From contig NZ_JBALDM010000037.1 in the NCBI RefSeq assembly GCF_036917435.1, forward strand, positions 69,175 to 101,174: DNA of 32,000 nucleotides. The letters run 5' to 3'. Positions 1 through 8,784 of the stretch are shown here, one piece after another. The stretch's first letter is position 1; every line of letters starts with the position of its first letter. Made by a program: the position numbers and the translations under genes. The notes below the pieces were generated by a model. That model had not been told where the DNA came from and did not search any database. It worked only from the letters and a program-made list of their open reading frames with translations. Source of the DNA: Nostoc sp. (GTDB lineage: Bacteria; Cyanobacteriota; Cyanobacteriia; Cyanobacteriales; Nostocaceae).

Positions 1-452
1 CCAGTACTAACAATTTCATCCACTGAGAACTCGTAAGTACTCAAAAATTGGTCGGGAATTTGGGGGATTCCTAAAGAAGCGATGACTATAGAGTTAAGCT
101 TCCCGGTTTCACCGTTGAATTTGAAGCCCCGAACTTTGCCTAGTACTTCACCTGTTTCTGTAATTACTTCCCAGTTAATCAGATTGCTGAGAGATTCAAC
201 TTCAATATCTTCAATTACATCTTCGTTATCAACCAAGATGACATCACCAATCTGGCTGATATTGTTGAGGTACATGTAGCGCGGTATGCCCGAAATGGAG
301 ATCAGGCTGTCTCGCAAACCAAGAGCTACAACCTCTCGTTGATCTATATCTACCCAGACTTGACTGATGATGCCTAGCCGCTTGCCGTTGTCGCGGGTAA
401 TCACCTGGGTGTTTAATATATCGGAACGCCTAATTATCTGTTCGGAGGTCAT
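1..452 (-). CDS. PRC-barrel domain protein (N-terminal part; gene runs off the left edge)
   Basis: Own translation of the minus strand from ATG (452-450): MTSEQIIRRSDILNTQVITRDNGKRLGIISQVWVDIDQREVVALGLRDSL... The frame stays open to position 1. It is absent from the ORF track because no stop lies in the window. Domain call is by resemblance only. Confidence 0.55.
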   Translation of the reverse strand, partial: MTSEQIIRRSDILNTQVITRDNGKRLGIISQVWVDIDQREVVALGLRDSLISISGIPRYMYLNNISQIGDVILVDNEDVIEDIEVESLSNLINWEVITETGEVLGKVRGFKFNGETGKLNSIVIASLGIPQIPDQFLSTYEFSVDEIVST

Positions 453-510
453 TCTATACCGAGTCCTGATCTCGAATCCGGTTTATCCATACACTATTAT
501 TAACAAAAAA

Positions 511-3500
511 TCAAGCAGATGTATTGGATGATTGTAACTTAATCCCCAAAACTTGAGTGTAAGCTCCTCGTGCTTGAGTAACGCCGATTGTGCGTTCGGC
601 TGATTCTATCATCGGACGGCGCAAACTCACAACTATAAATTGCGCTTGTTGTGATTGTTGCTTAATCATTCTAGCTAATCGTTCTACGTTTGCTCCATCT
701 AAGAACATATCTACTTCGTCAAAGGCGTAAAAGGGCGATGGGCGATAGCGTTGCAGGGCAAAGATAAAGCTCAAGGCTGTAAGTGATTTTTCTCCCCCAG
801 ACATGGAAGCTAGGCGCTGTACGGGTTTACCTTTGGGGTGTGCGACTAAATTTAGTCCACTGCTAAAGGGATCTTCGGGATTTTCGAGTTGTAAATAGCC
901 GTCGCCGTCTGAAAGAATGGCAAAAATTGATTGAAAGTTTTCATTGACGGCATCGAATGCTTCTTTAAAGGCAAGTTGCCGCAATGTGGTAAAATTCTCA
1001 ATCCGCAAAAGTAATTCGGTGCGTTCCCCTTCTAGTGTTTCTAATTTTTGCGTCAGTTCTTGGAGACGGTTTTGAGTGCGTTCGTATTCTTCCAACGCCA
1101 GCATATTCACAGGTTCCATCGCCTGTAAACGTTTGGTAAGCGATCGCAATTCTTTCTGCAATTCTTCCAAATCTACTTTATCTGGAACTTCCGGCAAGGG
1201 ATTTGGTAATTCTGCTCCCATATCCCGTAACTGGCTTTGCAGTGCAATTAGTTCCTCTCGCCGCTTCTCTTGGGTTTCTTTGAGTTTTTCGATTTCCCAT
1301 TGCAATTGTTGTTGGCGCAAAAGGTGCGATCGCACTTCCAATTCTGTAGTGTCGCGTTTTTGTTTTTCTTCTCCTAAATTTTGTTCCATTTGAGTCAACA
1401 TCACGCGGGTTTCGCCGATTTGCTCGACTATCGTTGTGATTTGTGTGGAAACGCGATGAATCGCGTCTCTACAAGTGATTTGTTGGGTTTCGTATTCTGC
1501 GATGCGTGTCTCTGCTTCTTGGATTTTTTCTTGCGATCGCTGTTGCTGATTTTCTAAATTTTTTAATCTTTGTTCAGCTTCGCGTAATGCTGTCTCCCGT
1601 TGTTGCAATTGTTGCTCTTGAATTTTAATTGTCGCCTGGATTTGTTGCCATTCACTGGGAGTTTGGGATGCTTCCAACTCTGCTAAAGCGTGTCGCAATT
1701 GTTGCAACTGAGTTTCTTGTCCCGGTAATTCCCGATCTAAAATTTCCAATCGGGATTGAGCGGTGGCTAACTTTTCGCTGTTTTGGGCAAGTTGCGATCG
1801 CGTCCCCTCTAATTGCGCTGTTAAACTCTTAATGTCTTTCTGCAACTGTTCCAATTGCAATTGCTGTTCGCGCCGCGCCTGACGCGCTTCTGCGAGTTCT
1901 TGGGTGAGTTTTTTGGCTCTGGCTGATAAAGTTGCGATCGCTTCCGTACAACGCTCTAAAACCCGTTCAATATCCACCAAACGACTTCTCAAAGCGATCG
2001 CTTCATCAGATTCTGCCGCTTCCGCATTGCCAAACCGCAATGCTGAACGATTGCTGTTACTACCACCTGTCATTGCACCACTAGTTTCCAGCAATTCCCC
2101 GTCTAAGGTGACGATGCGATATAACCCTAAGTTTTTCCGCGCCGCTTCAAGGCTGGCAAATACTACTGTGTTACCAAAAACATAGCTGAATACATCTTTG
2201 TAACGGCGATCGCAATCGACTAAGTTCACAGCATAATTAACGAAGCCACTAGCGAAACGCAGCGTTGCATCTTGAGTAAATTTCGGAGCGTGAATTTTAT
2301 TCAGAGGTAAAAAAGTCGCTCTCCCTGCACGTTTCTGTTTGAGTAATTCAATCCCGGCTGCGGCTACACCATCATCTTCCACCACAATATGTCCCAAACG
2401 TCCACCAGCAGCCATTTCCAAAGCTAGTTGATGCCGAGGTTCCACCTTTGCTAACTGCACAACTAAGCCACAAAGTCCAGGCATTCCCGATTGTAAAATA
2501 ACTTTACTAGCTTGGGTTCCTTGGACTTCTTGCTGTGCTTGCGCTTGCGCCTCGATTTTATCCAACTGGCGTTGTTTTTCCCGTTGTTCAAAAAGTAACC
2601 GTTTTTGCGTTTCCTGTTGGATTTGCAATTCTTGTTCTGTGGCTGAGAGATTTTGGGCTAAATTTTGGATGGGTTCACTAGAGGCGTTAAATTCTGTTTC
2701 AATTTGACTACAGTCAGTTTGTTTTTGGGCTAATAGCGGTTCGTCGCGTTCAATTAACTGAGTTTGTTCTGAAATTAATTGCTGTAACTGATTATTGCGT
2801 TCCGTGAGTTGTGCTTTTTCTGTACGTTGCGGTTCTAGAGTTTGCAGCAGAGTTTCAATTTGACGGTTGAATGCCGTTTGTTGCTGCACCCACGCTTCTG
2901 AAGCCGAGGCGATTTCGGCGGCTGCTTCGCGGGATGTTTCTAAGGCTTGGTACGCTTCGTTTCTTTGTTGTTGTGAAGACGCGATGAATCGCGTCTCTAC
3001 AATTTGTGTTTTGGCAATTTCTTCTAGGGAATGACGGTGTTTCTGAATCTCTTGCTGAGTTTGAGTCAGACGTTTGGCGGTTTCTTGGGAAGCTGTTTCT
3101 AATTCTGTTAGCTGACGTTGGAGTTGTTTTCGTTCTGCTTCTTGGGTGGCGAGGGTAGATTGTACCGCTAAAAGTTCATCTTCTCCCAATGCTTTGACAT
3201 GGGTATTGAGTTGTTCAAGTTCAGCAGTTTTTTGGACGATTTCGGAATTTAGATTTGTGAGTTGAGTTGAGAGTTCACTAGAATTGCGATCGCCTGCTTG
3301 AATTTCGTGAACTAACTTTTCTTGTTGTGTTTGTAGCGATCGCCATGATAAAACAGCTTCCCAGGATTGTTTCGCCAGAAATTCTGTGCGAAGCTTTTGA
3401 TATCTCTCAGCTTTAGCCCGATCTTGGGAAAGGCGATCGCGTTGTGCAGTTAATTCTGTTTCAATAATCCGACAGCTATCTTCCTTTTCCTTCACCTCAT

Positions 3501-4128
3501 CTAAAGTTGACTTAGCTTGAATGATTTTGCGATCGAACGCCGCCACCCCCGCCAATTCATCAATAATTTCCCGTCGTTCCCGCGTATTCATCGAGATAAT
3601 GCTGGTGACATCCCCTTGCAGCACCACATTGTAGCCTTCAGGATAAACCCGCAGGTTACTTAGTTCTTCGTGCAGCTGCGTCAGCGTGCAAGCTTCACCA
3701 TTGATATAGTAATTCGACGTGTAACTCCCTTGGTGAGTTACTCTCAGCCTTCTGGTAACACTCCACTCTGTCGATTTTGGATTTTGGATTTTGGATTTTG
3801 GATTTTCTTCCTCATCTCCCTCACTTTGCACCTTTACGGATTGAGGTAAGATATCCTCCCCAGATAAATCAAATGTCACAGTGACACTAGCTTCAATAGA
3901 AGCCCGTCCTTTGGAGGTTTGGGTGTTATTTACCAAATCTGGGAGGCGATCGGCTCGCATTCCCTTAGAACTGGAGAGTCCGAGGCAAAATAGCAGTGCA
4001 TCTAGAATATTAGATTTACCGGAACCATTTGGCCCAGATATGACAGTACATCCCGGCAGCAAAGGGACTGAGGTAGTACCGCCGAAGGATTTGAAGTTGG
4101 TAAGTTCCACGCGCTTGATATGAACCAT
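511..4128 (-). CDS. smc: Chromosome segregation ATPase SMC
   Basis: 1205 aa. N-terminal Walker A GPNGSGKSN. Long heptad-rich coiled coils. Hinge GLCGLVVQLAKV...GRATFLPLNKI. C-terminal signature LSGGEKSLTALSF and Walker B FYAFDEVDMFLD. Confidence 0.96.
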   Translation of the reverse strand: MVHIKRVELTNFKSFGGTTSVPLLPGCTVISGPNGSGKSNILDALLFCLGLSSSKGMRADRLPDLVNNTQTSKGRASIEASVTVTFDLSGEDILPQSVKVQSEGDEEENPKSKIQNPKSTEWSVTRRLRVTHQGSYTSNYYINGEACTLTQLHEELSNLRVYPEGYNVVLQGDVTSIISMNTRERREIIDELAGVAAFDRKIIQAKSTLDEVKEKEDSCRIIETELTAQRDRLSQDRAKAERYQKLRTEFLAKQSWEAVLSWRSLQTQQEKLVHEIQAGDRNSSELSTQLTNLNSEIVQKTAELEQLNTHVKALGEDELLAVQSTLATQEAERKQLQRQLTELETASQETAKRLTQTQQEIQKHRHSLEEIAKTQIVETRFIASSQQQRNEAYQALETSREAAAEIASASEAWVQQQTAFNRQIETLLQTLEPQRTEKAQLTERNNQLQQLISEQTQLIERDEPLLAQKQTDCSQIETEFNASSEPIQNLAQNLSATEQELQIQQETQKRLLFEQREKQRQLDKIEAQAQAQQEVQGTQASKVILQSGMPGLCGLVVQLAKVEPRHQLALEMAAGGRLGHIVVEDDGVAAAGIELLKQKRAGRATFLPLNKIHAPKFTQDATLRFASGFVNYAVNLVDCDRRYKDVFSYVFGNTVVFASLEAARKNLGLYRIVTLDGELLETSGAMTGGSNSNRSALRFGNAEAAESDEAIALRSRLVDIERVLERCTEAIATLSARAKKLTQELAEARQARREQQLQLEQLQKDIKSLTAQLEGTRSQLAQNSEKLATAQSRLEILDRELPGQETQLQQLRHALAELEASQTPSEWQQIQATIKIQEQQLQQRETALREAEQRLKNLENQQQRSQEKIQEAETRIAEYETQQITCRDAIHRVSTQITTIVEQIGETRVMLTQMEQNLGEEKQKRDTTELEVRSHLLRQQQLQWEIEKLKETQEKRREELIALQSQLRDMGAELPNPLPEVPDKVDLEELQKELRSLTKRLQAMEPVNMLALEEYERTQNRLQELTQKLETLEGERTELLLRIENFTTLRQLAFKEAFDAVNENFQSIFAILSDGDGYLQLENPEDPFSSGLNLVAHPKGKPVQRLASMSGGEKSLTALSFIFALQRYRPSPFYAFDEVDMFLDGANVERLARMIKQQSQQAQFIVVSLRRPMIESAERTIGVTQARGAYTQVLGIKLQSSNTSA
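1444..1473. repeat. 30-nt palindromic small dispersed repeat (copy 1, inside smc)
   Basis: tgtggaaACGCGATgaATCGCGTCTCTACA. Near-perfect inverted repeat. Read in smc as CRDAIHRVST. Confidence 0.8.
2972..3001. repeat. 30-nt palindromic small dispersed repeat (copy 2, inside smc)
   Basis: tgtgaAGACGCGATgaATCGCGTCTCTACA. Same + strand orientation as copy 1 but read in a different frame, as (I)VETRFIASS(Q). Confidence 0.8.
3773..3824. repeat. Heptamer array (GATTTTG x about 4.9) plus CT-rich tail, inside smc
   Basis: gattttg units at 3773, 3780, 3787, 3794 and 3801, followed by cttcctcatctccctcac. Encodes SEGDEEENPKSKIQNPKS in the SMC head. Confidence 0.85.
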
Positions 4129-4449
4129 AGGCGCTGGTTAACTGGGCTAATGAAGAACAAGTGTATCAACTAATTAAAAATTCGCAAGAGGGTAGGGGGG
4201 AAAATTAGGGATTATCGAACCGCAGAGGCGCAGAGAACACAGAGGGGGGAAGGAGAATAATGTTTCAGAGAAAAGCGCAATACTGCTAGAGTTGGTACGA
4301 ACATGAGATTTAATTACACGCGCTCAACAGCAACTAGATCAACTGATTCCAGTTTTATTTGATATAAGTAACTGTAAAAATAATTCAACAAGTTGGCGTT
4401 GTTAAAGGCATTATTATCAGTTAATTCCCATTTATTGCAAGAGTATCTT

Positions 4450-4624
4450 AGAGGGTGTTTGAAAAGTTTTGGGCGAATATAATTCGCTACTATACAAGCA
4501 AAGTCCACCTCCGTAGACTAACCAAAAATCAAGGTTTTTAACCCACGAAGGTGGGTTTTCTCTGTGTAGCCGCGAATTATATTCGCCCAGGCAAGTAAAA
4601 ATTTAGACTTTTAAAACATCCTCT
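4450..4624. mobile_element. MITE-like long imperfect palindrome (non-autonomous element)
   Basis: Perfect 17-bp inverted repeat gggcgaatataattcgc (4471-4487) / gcgaattatattcgccc (4572-4588). Outer arms agagggtgtttgaaaagtttt (4450-4470) and agacttttaaaacatcctct (4605-4624) are also complementary. Internal GTCCACCTCC / CCCACGAAGGTGGG hairpins. No ORF. Confidence 0.6.
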
Positions 4625-4800
4625 TACATACTTTATAAGATAATTTTATAGGTAAACATAATAAAATAAATTATGCAACCAAGTTAAGTTGGTAGGAATA
4701 AACAATGAAAAAAGCATAGGAGAATGACTCTCAAATATCTGCTGGATGAAAATGTTGCCCTCTTTATCAAGTTCAACTTCAACGAGGAAAGAGTAAATCA

Positions 4801-5439
4801 ATGACAATTACTGTAGATGCAAGAAATCTTAGGCTGAAAGATGTTCAAAGCCTTCTGAAATTAAAAGAACAGTTAAATGACTCATTTACATCATTACTCT
4901 CGCTAAAAAATATTACAGAATTTGAACACCAGGAATTACAGGTAATCCGTAAGACATACCATGAATACTACTCAGAAGGTAAAATTTCCGAAGGACAAGT
5001 AAAATTTCTCTTCCTTGCACCATTAATGAAGTTAGCTGGTTTTTATCAACCCATTATTAAAATTACATTAGAAGAAAATATTGCTGACATCTACGTAGAA
5101 GATGAAGATACGAATATCAAAGGAAGGATGGATATTTTAGCTGTTAGTAAAACTCAAGAAAAGATAGTAACTACACCTTTTTGGATACTAGTGATTGAAT
5201 CTAAAAATAGTACATTTAATGCTTTAGAAGGATTGCCACAATTGCTCACCTATGCGTACAAAAGTCTAGAAAATCAAACATCAGTTTGGGGGGTGACTAC
5301 TAATGGTATGGATTACCAGTTTGTCTATATGCAGCAGGGGAATCCTCCCATTTACCAATTATTGCCAAAACTAGATATAACTCGCTCTACATCTTCAATT
5401 GAGTTGTTGCAAGTCCTCAAATCAATCTGCCAGTTGTAG
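4801..5439 (+). CDS. Stand-alone PD-(D/E)xK nuclease-fold protein (HsdR N-terminal-like)
   Basis: 212 aa. GRMDILAV ... WILVIESKNS gives a D...ExK arrangement. It is followed by QLLTYAY and WGVTTNGMDYQF, as in the type I restriction R-subunit N-terminal domain family. No HIP1 site in the gene. Confidence 0.5.
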   Translation: MTITVDARNLRLKDVQSLLKLKEQLNDSFTSLLSLKNITEFEHQELQVIRKTYHEYYSEGKISEGQVKFLFLAPLMKLAGFYQPIIKITLEENIADIYVEDEDTNIKGRMDILAVSKTQEKIVTTPFWILVIESKNSTFNALEGLPQLLTYAYKSLENQTSVWGVTTNGMDYQFVYMQQGNPPIYQLLPKLDITRSTSSIELLQVLKSICQL

Positions 5440-5518
5440 TTCAATTTTCTTCTATCTTTTTAAAATCTATAGTGAGGGGTTTTCTCTTACTAATTTCTCA
5501 CCCTTATTTAAGTGAGAT

Positions 5519-5557
5519 AAACAGGATTTACGTCTGCGTAAGTCCTGTTTATTTTTG
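5519..5557. terminator. Hairpin between convergent genes, T-tract on the + strand
   Basis: aacaggatttacg-tctg-cgtaagtcctgtt (one mismatch) followed by tatttttg. Lies between the 3' ends of 4801..5439 (+) and 5617..6075 (-). Confidence 0.6.
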
Positions 5558-5616
5558 ATAACGATGACAAGCTGATTTAGCTAGTCTAGTATTAACTAAA
5601 AGCTTCAGTTATTCTT

Positions 5617-6075
5617 TTATGGCTTTTTTACAGTTTCAACTTTTGCTTCCACTTTCACCGTTTTCACCCCTTGAACTTCTTTAGCCAAAGTTTCAGCTTT
5701 CTTGAGTTCTTCAGCAGAAGTTGCTGTACCTTTGAGGATAATTTCACCCTCTTTGTTTTCAACTTGTAACTTATTGCCTGGTAAGCCTTTGTTCAACTTT
5801 GCGCTAACTTCAGTTTTTAAGTCACTTTTAACTTTTGTTGCTGCTGTTTTTTCAGAACCGGCTTTAACTTTAGTATCTGTGCCAACTGCTAAAGGAGTTG
5901 TTTGTATTCCTGGAACTTTGGCAGTTTCATTTGTTTGCGAAGCTGGTTTTGCTGGTACTTGAGCAGCTTCATTAGTAGTGCCAGGAGTTTCTGAACCAGT
6001 TTTAGGAGCCTCTTGGCAGCCAAAAGAACCAACTACCAAAATACCACTAACTAGTAATAGAATTAGCTTTTTCAT
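5617..6075 (-). CDS. Lipoprotein with C-terminal BON domain
   Basis: Signal peptide and lipobox MKKLILLLVSGILVVGSFGC. Low-complexity linker. BON-like VENKEGEIILKGTATSAEELKKAETLAKEVQGVKTVKVEAKV. Confidence 0.7.
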   Translation of the reverse strand: MKKLILLLVSGILVVGSFGCQEAPKTGSETPGTTNEAAQVPAKPASQTNETAKVPGIQTTPLAVGTDTKVKAGSEKTAATKVKSDLKTEVSAKLNKGLPGNKLQVENKEGEIILKGTATSAEELKKAETLAKEVQGVKTVKVEAKVETVKKP

Positions 6076-6536
6076 TATCTATCTCCGAATTGATTACTGG
6101 AAGCAATTAATTTGTGTGTCATGGTGAGGAGCAGATGTTAAAAAGCAATTAAATGTGAAGTAGCAAAAGTGCCCAAGCAATTACTCAGTTTACTGGAAAT
6201 TAAAACTTGGACGATTTCTTTCGGCTAAGATTTTGCAGCCATTTTTGAGAAGCGCCAATTCAACTTTATTGACGGTTGCTAATCAATATGGTTCCGTATG
6301 CGGTCTATAGCTTTCTATGAATTTAATGTAGATGCGCTATTTGAATGATAAACTATGCCGCCTTACAGTAGTGACTCGATGTTATCAGATTTCAGTCAGT
6401 TTGGCGATGTTGAAACGTATTCAACTCAAAAATTCAGCGTTTTTGCAATCCTGTGCCAGCAAAATTACCAACAAAATGTTACTTTAGAAAACTATGGCTT
6501 ACTTACAATGCCCTAAATATCAGGAAATATTAGCCA

Positions 6537-7457
6537 ATGCCATATCTTACTTCCGCCCGCGAAATTAGTGCCATTGTTGCTGAATATACCAATGCAAAAA
6601 TACTGTGGATCGATACAGAAGTCGCCGACTATAAAAGTCGTAATCCTAGACTATCACTGATTCAGGTGTTAGATGATTCTCAAGATATGAGTGGCGATCG
6701 CGTCTACCTTTTAGATGTGTTAGATCAGCCCCATATTATAGCTGAATTTATTGAAAAAGTTATGATAAATTCTGCCATTGAAAAAGTTTTTCACAACGCC
6801 AGTTACGATTTAAAACTTCTCGGTAATAAGAAAGCTAAAAATATTACTTGCACTTTGGAAATGGCAAAAAAAATTCCCTACTATCTTTTGCCATTACCTA
6901 ATTACCAACTCAAAACCATAGCTACGGCACTTTGTAGCTTTAACAATATCGATAAACAAGAACAAACAAGCGATTGGGCAAAACGCCCCCTAACAGAAGA
7001 ACAGATAGAGTATGCTTACCTAGACTGTATTTATCTTGCTCAAATCCACTTAAATTTGTTAGGTTTACAAGCTCAAGCCAGCCCCGAACCCATTACAGAA
7101 GATTTAATATCACTAAGTACTAGATATTCACAAATTGAACAACAATACAAGTTGTTGAATTCAGAATTTGAGCATTTGCAAGAACGCATCAAAAAAGCCA
7201 TGCAAGCTCAGAATATATCTGAAACTTCTTATCATAAGCTGACTAGTTACGATCGCACTACAATCAAAGCTACTTTCTCAGAATTGGCAAGGCTAGCCCA
7301 AACTCAAGATATTGATTTAGATTTTCCTGTCACACTAACTCAGAAACTCCAAAAAGATTTAGGGACAAATCTGGAACAACTGTCTGTAGATATTGAAAAA
7401 ACTACCTATTGGCGACTAACTTCTAAAACTCAAGAGAGCGAAACAGAAGATGAGTAA
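6537..7457 (+). CDS. DEDDy-type 3'-5' exonuclease (RNase D-like) with coiled-coil C-terminal extension
   Basis: Exo I WIDTEVAD, Exo II HNASYDLKLL, Exo III YAYLDCIYL. About 120 extra C-terminal residues of unknown function. Confidence 0.8.
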   Translation: MPYLTSAREISAIVAEYTNAKILWIDTEVADYKSRNPRLSLIQVLDDSQDMSGDRVYLLDVLDQPHIIAEFIEKVMINSAIEKVFHNASYDLKLLGNKKAKNITCTLEMAKKIPYYLLPLPNYQLKTIATALCSFNNIDKQEQTSDWAKRPLTEEQIEYAYLDCIYLAQIHLNLLGLQAQASPEPITEDLISLSTRYSQIEQQYKLLNSEFEHLQERIKKAMQAQNISETSYHKLTSYDRTTIKATFSELARLAQTQDIDLDFPVTLTQKLQKDLGTNLEQLSVDIEKTTYWRLTSKTQESETEDE

Positions 7458-7823
7458 ATTGTCTATAAGGCTACAAATGTCAGAATTTATGGAGTGACTA
7501 TTTAAAACAAATCTTAATATTTCAAATATATTTTTTCAAAAAGTATCCTAAAAAACATGACTAACAGTAGTTTTCTGTTCAGAAATCGATTGTCAAGAAG
7601 TAGAGTGATGACAATAACAAAAAGTAGGATTGACAATTTTTATACTTTATAATTCAGATTTTTTATTTAATATAACTATGAAAGAAATATATTGAATATC
7701 AGGTAAATTTGTTAATTGACTTTAAATGTCTATCAAAAGTTAGAATGACAATTGAGTTAAAGAATTAAAATCTAGATTTTTGTACTAAGTGTGTTCCGGT
7801 GTTATGGCAGTTTATATTAAATT

Positions 7824-8684
7824 ATGAGACGGCGTTTATTTAGGCAAAAGCGAACAAGGGTAAATCAAATATTTACCATAGCTATTTTTACTACATTGAC
7901 AGCAATTAGCAGTGTTTCTTGTAGCAAGAATGATAATGTTTTGGTGACAGAAATAGGAGTTAGTACACCTAGCCGTCGTTCAGCTACAGCTTCCAGAGGT
8001 GGGGAATTCTATCTTCAGGGAAAGAATCAGCATTTGAACGGCGATTTACAAGCTGCGATCGCATCTTATGGTAAAGCAATTAGTCAAAACTCTCAATATG
8101 GCGCAGCTTACAACGGGCGGGGATTAGCCTACTTTGATTTGGGAGACAAAGAAAAAGCGATCGCAGATTACAATCAAGCCCTCCGCATCAATCCTAACGA
8201 CGCTGAAGCTTACAATAACCTGGGAAATGCCCGCGCTTCACTAGAAGGTAACAGAGAAGCAGTGAAAGATTACAGTGAAGCGATTCGCCTTAATCCCAAC
8301 TACGCCGAAGCCTACAATAACCGAGGAAATGCCCGCGCCACCAATGGAGACAAAAAAGGGGCAATAGACGATCTCGATCAAGCGATTCTTCTTAACCCCA
8401 AATATGCGATCGCTTATAATAACCGAGGAAATGCTCGTGCTGCCAATGGAGATCCAAAGGGTGCGATCGCAGATTACAATCAAGCCATCCGCCTCAACCC
8501 TAACTTTGCCCCTGCCTACAATAACCGAGGAAACGCCCGCGCTACCAATGGAGACAAACAGGGCGCACTCAAGGACTTACAACAAGCAGCAAGCATTTTT
8601 CAAAGTCAGGGTAACAACGACTTGTATCAACAAGTGATGAAAAATATCAAAGAGCTTGGACAGAGTAGGCAAACAGGGCAGTAG
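7824..8684 (+). CDS. TPR-repeat (lipo)protein
   Basis: N-terminal hydrophobic segment ending SSVSCS. About seven 34-aa units of the form [24 protein letters not shown]. Confidence 0.8.
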   Translation: MRRRLFRQKRTRVNQIFTIAIFTTLTAISSVSCSKNDNVLVTEIGVSTPSRRSATASRGGEFYLQGKNQHLNGDLQAAIASYGKAISQNSQYGAAYNGRGLAYFDLGDKEKAIADYNQALRINPNDAEAYNNLGNARASLEGNREAVKDYSEAIRLNPNYAEAYNNRGNARATNGDKKGAIDDLDQAILLNPKYAIAYNNRGNARAANGDPKGAIADYNQAIRLNPNFAPAYNNRGNARATNGDKQGALKDLQQAASIFQSQGNNDLYQQVMKNIKELGQSRQTGQ

Positions 8685-8784
8685 GGAGTAGGAGAAGATG
8701 AGGGAGAAGAATCAACCAATGCCCAATGCCCAATGCCCCATGCCCCATGCCCAATGCCCAATGCCCAATGCCCAATTCCCAATT
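8684..8784 (-). repeat. Composite STRR module: heptamer array (ATTGGGC/ATGGGGC on the minus strand) plus CT-rich tail
   Basis: + strand has gggagtaggagaagatgagggagaag, then ccaatgc/ccatgcc heptamers from 8716 to 8784. It fills the whole gap between the TPR gene stop and the actP stop. Confidence 0.9.

Noticed and set aside
462-495. tRNA-like T-arm resemblance (gatctcgaatccgg) between smc and the PRC-barrel gene.
   Set aside because: No acceptor stem, D-arm or anticodon arm can be built around it. It is only 58 bp of intergenic spacer.
1076-4123. Plus-strand ORFs inside smc (1076..1393, 1629..1832, 1904..2185, 3881..4123), and similar antisense ORFs inside other genes (5702..5962, 8241..8637, 9553..9804, 13141..13347, 17054..17245, 18022..18234, 23259..23480, 28369..28596, 31307..31894).
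   Set aside because: Each is fully embedded antisense or out of frame in a long ORF with clear family motifs. They are short and have biased composition. No evidence supports overlapping genes.
4314-4508. 64-aa minus-strand ORF upstream of smc.
   Set aside because: Its 5' part is made of the MITE left arm (4450-4508) and the rest is AT-rich spacer. No recognisable motif.
4724-4804. 26-codon ORF (MTLKYLLDENVALFIKFNFNEERVNQ*) whose TGA overlaps the ATG of 4801..5439 in an ATGA junction. Its first residues resemble the N-terminus of small PIN-like (DUF5615-type) proteins.
   Set aside because: Too short to evaluate. The resemblance rests on a handful of residues. It could be a remnant or a leader peptide, but I cannot support either.
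6355-6516. 53-codon ORF (MPPYSSDSMLSDFSQFGDVETYSTQKFSVFAILCQQNYQQNVTLENYGLLTMP*) just upstream of the exonuclease gene.
   Set aside because: No motif, no obvious ribosome-binding site, and a different frame from the exonuclease. It would need comparative or expression data.
7716-7746. Sigma-70-like promoter TTGACT ... TAGAAT upstream of the TPR gene.
   Set aside because: The spacer is 19 nt, longer than optimal, and the region is so AT-rich that hexamer matches are expected by chance.
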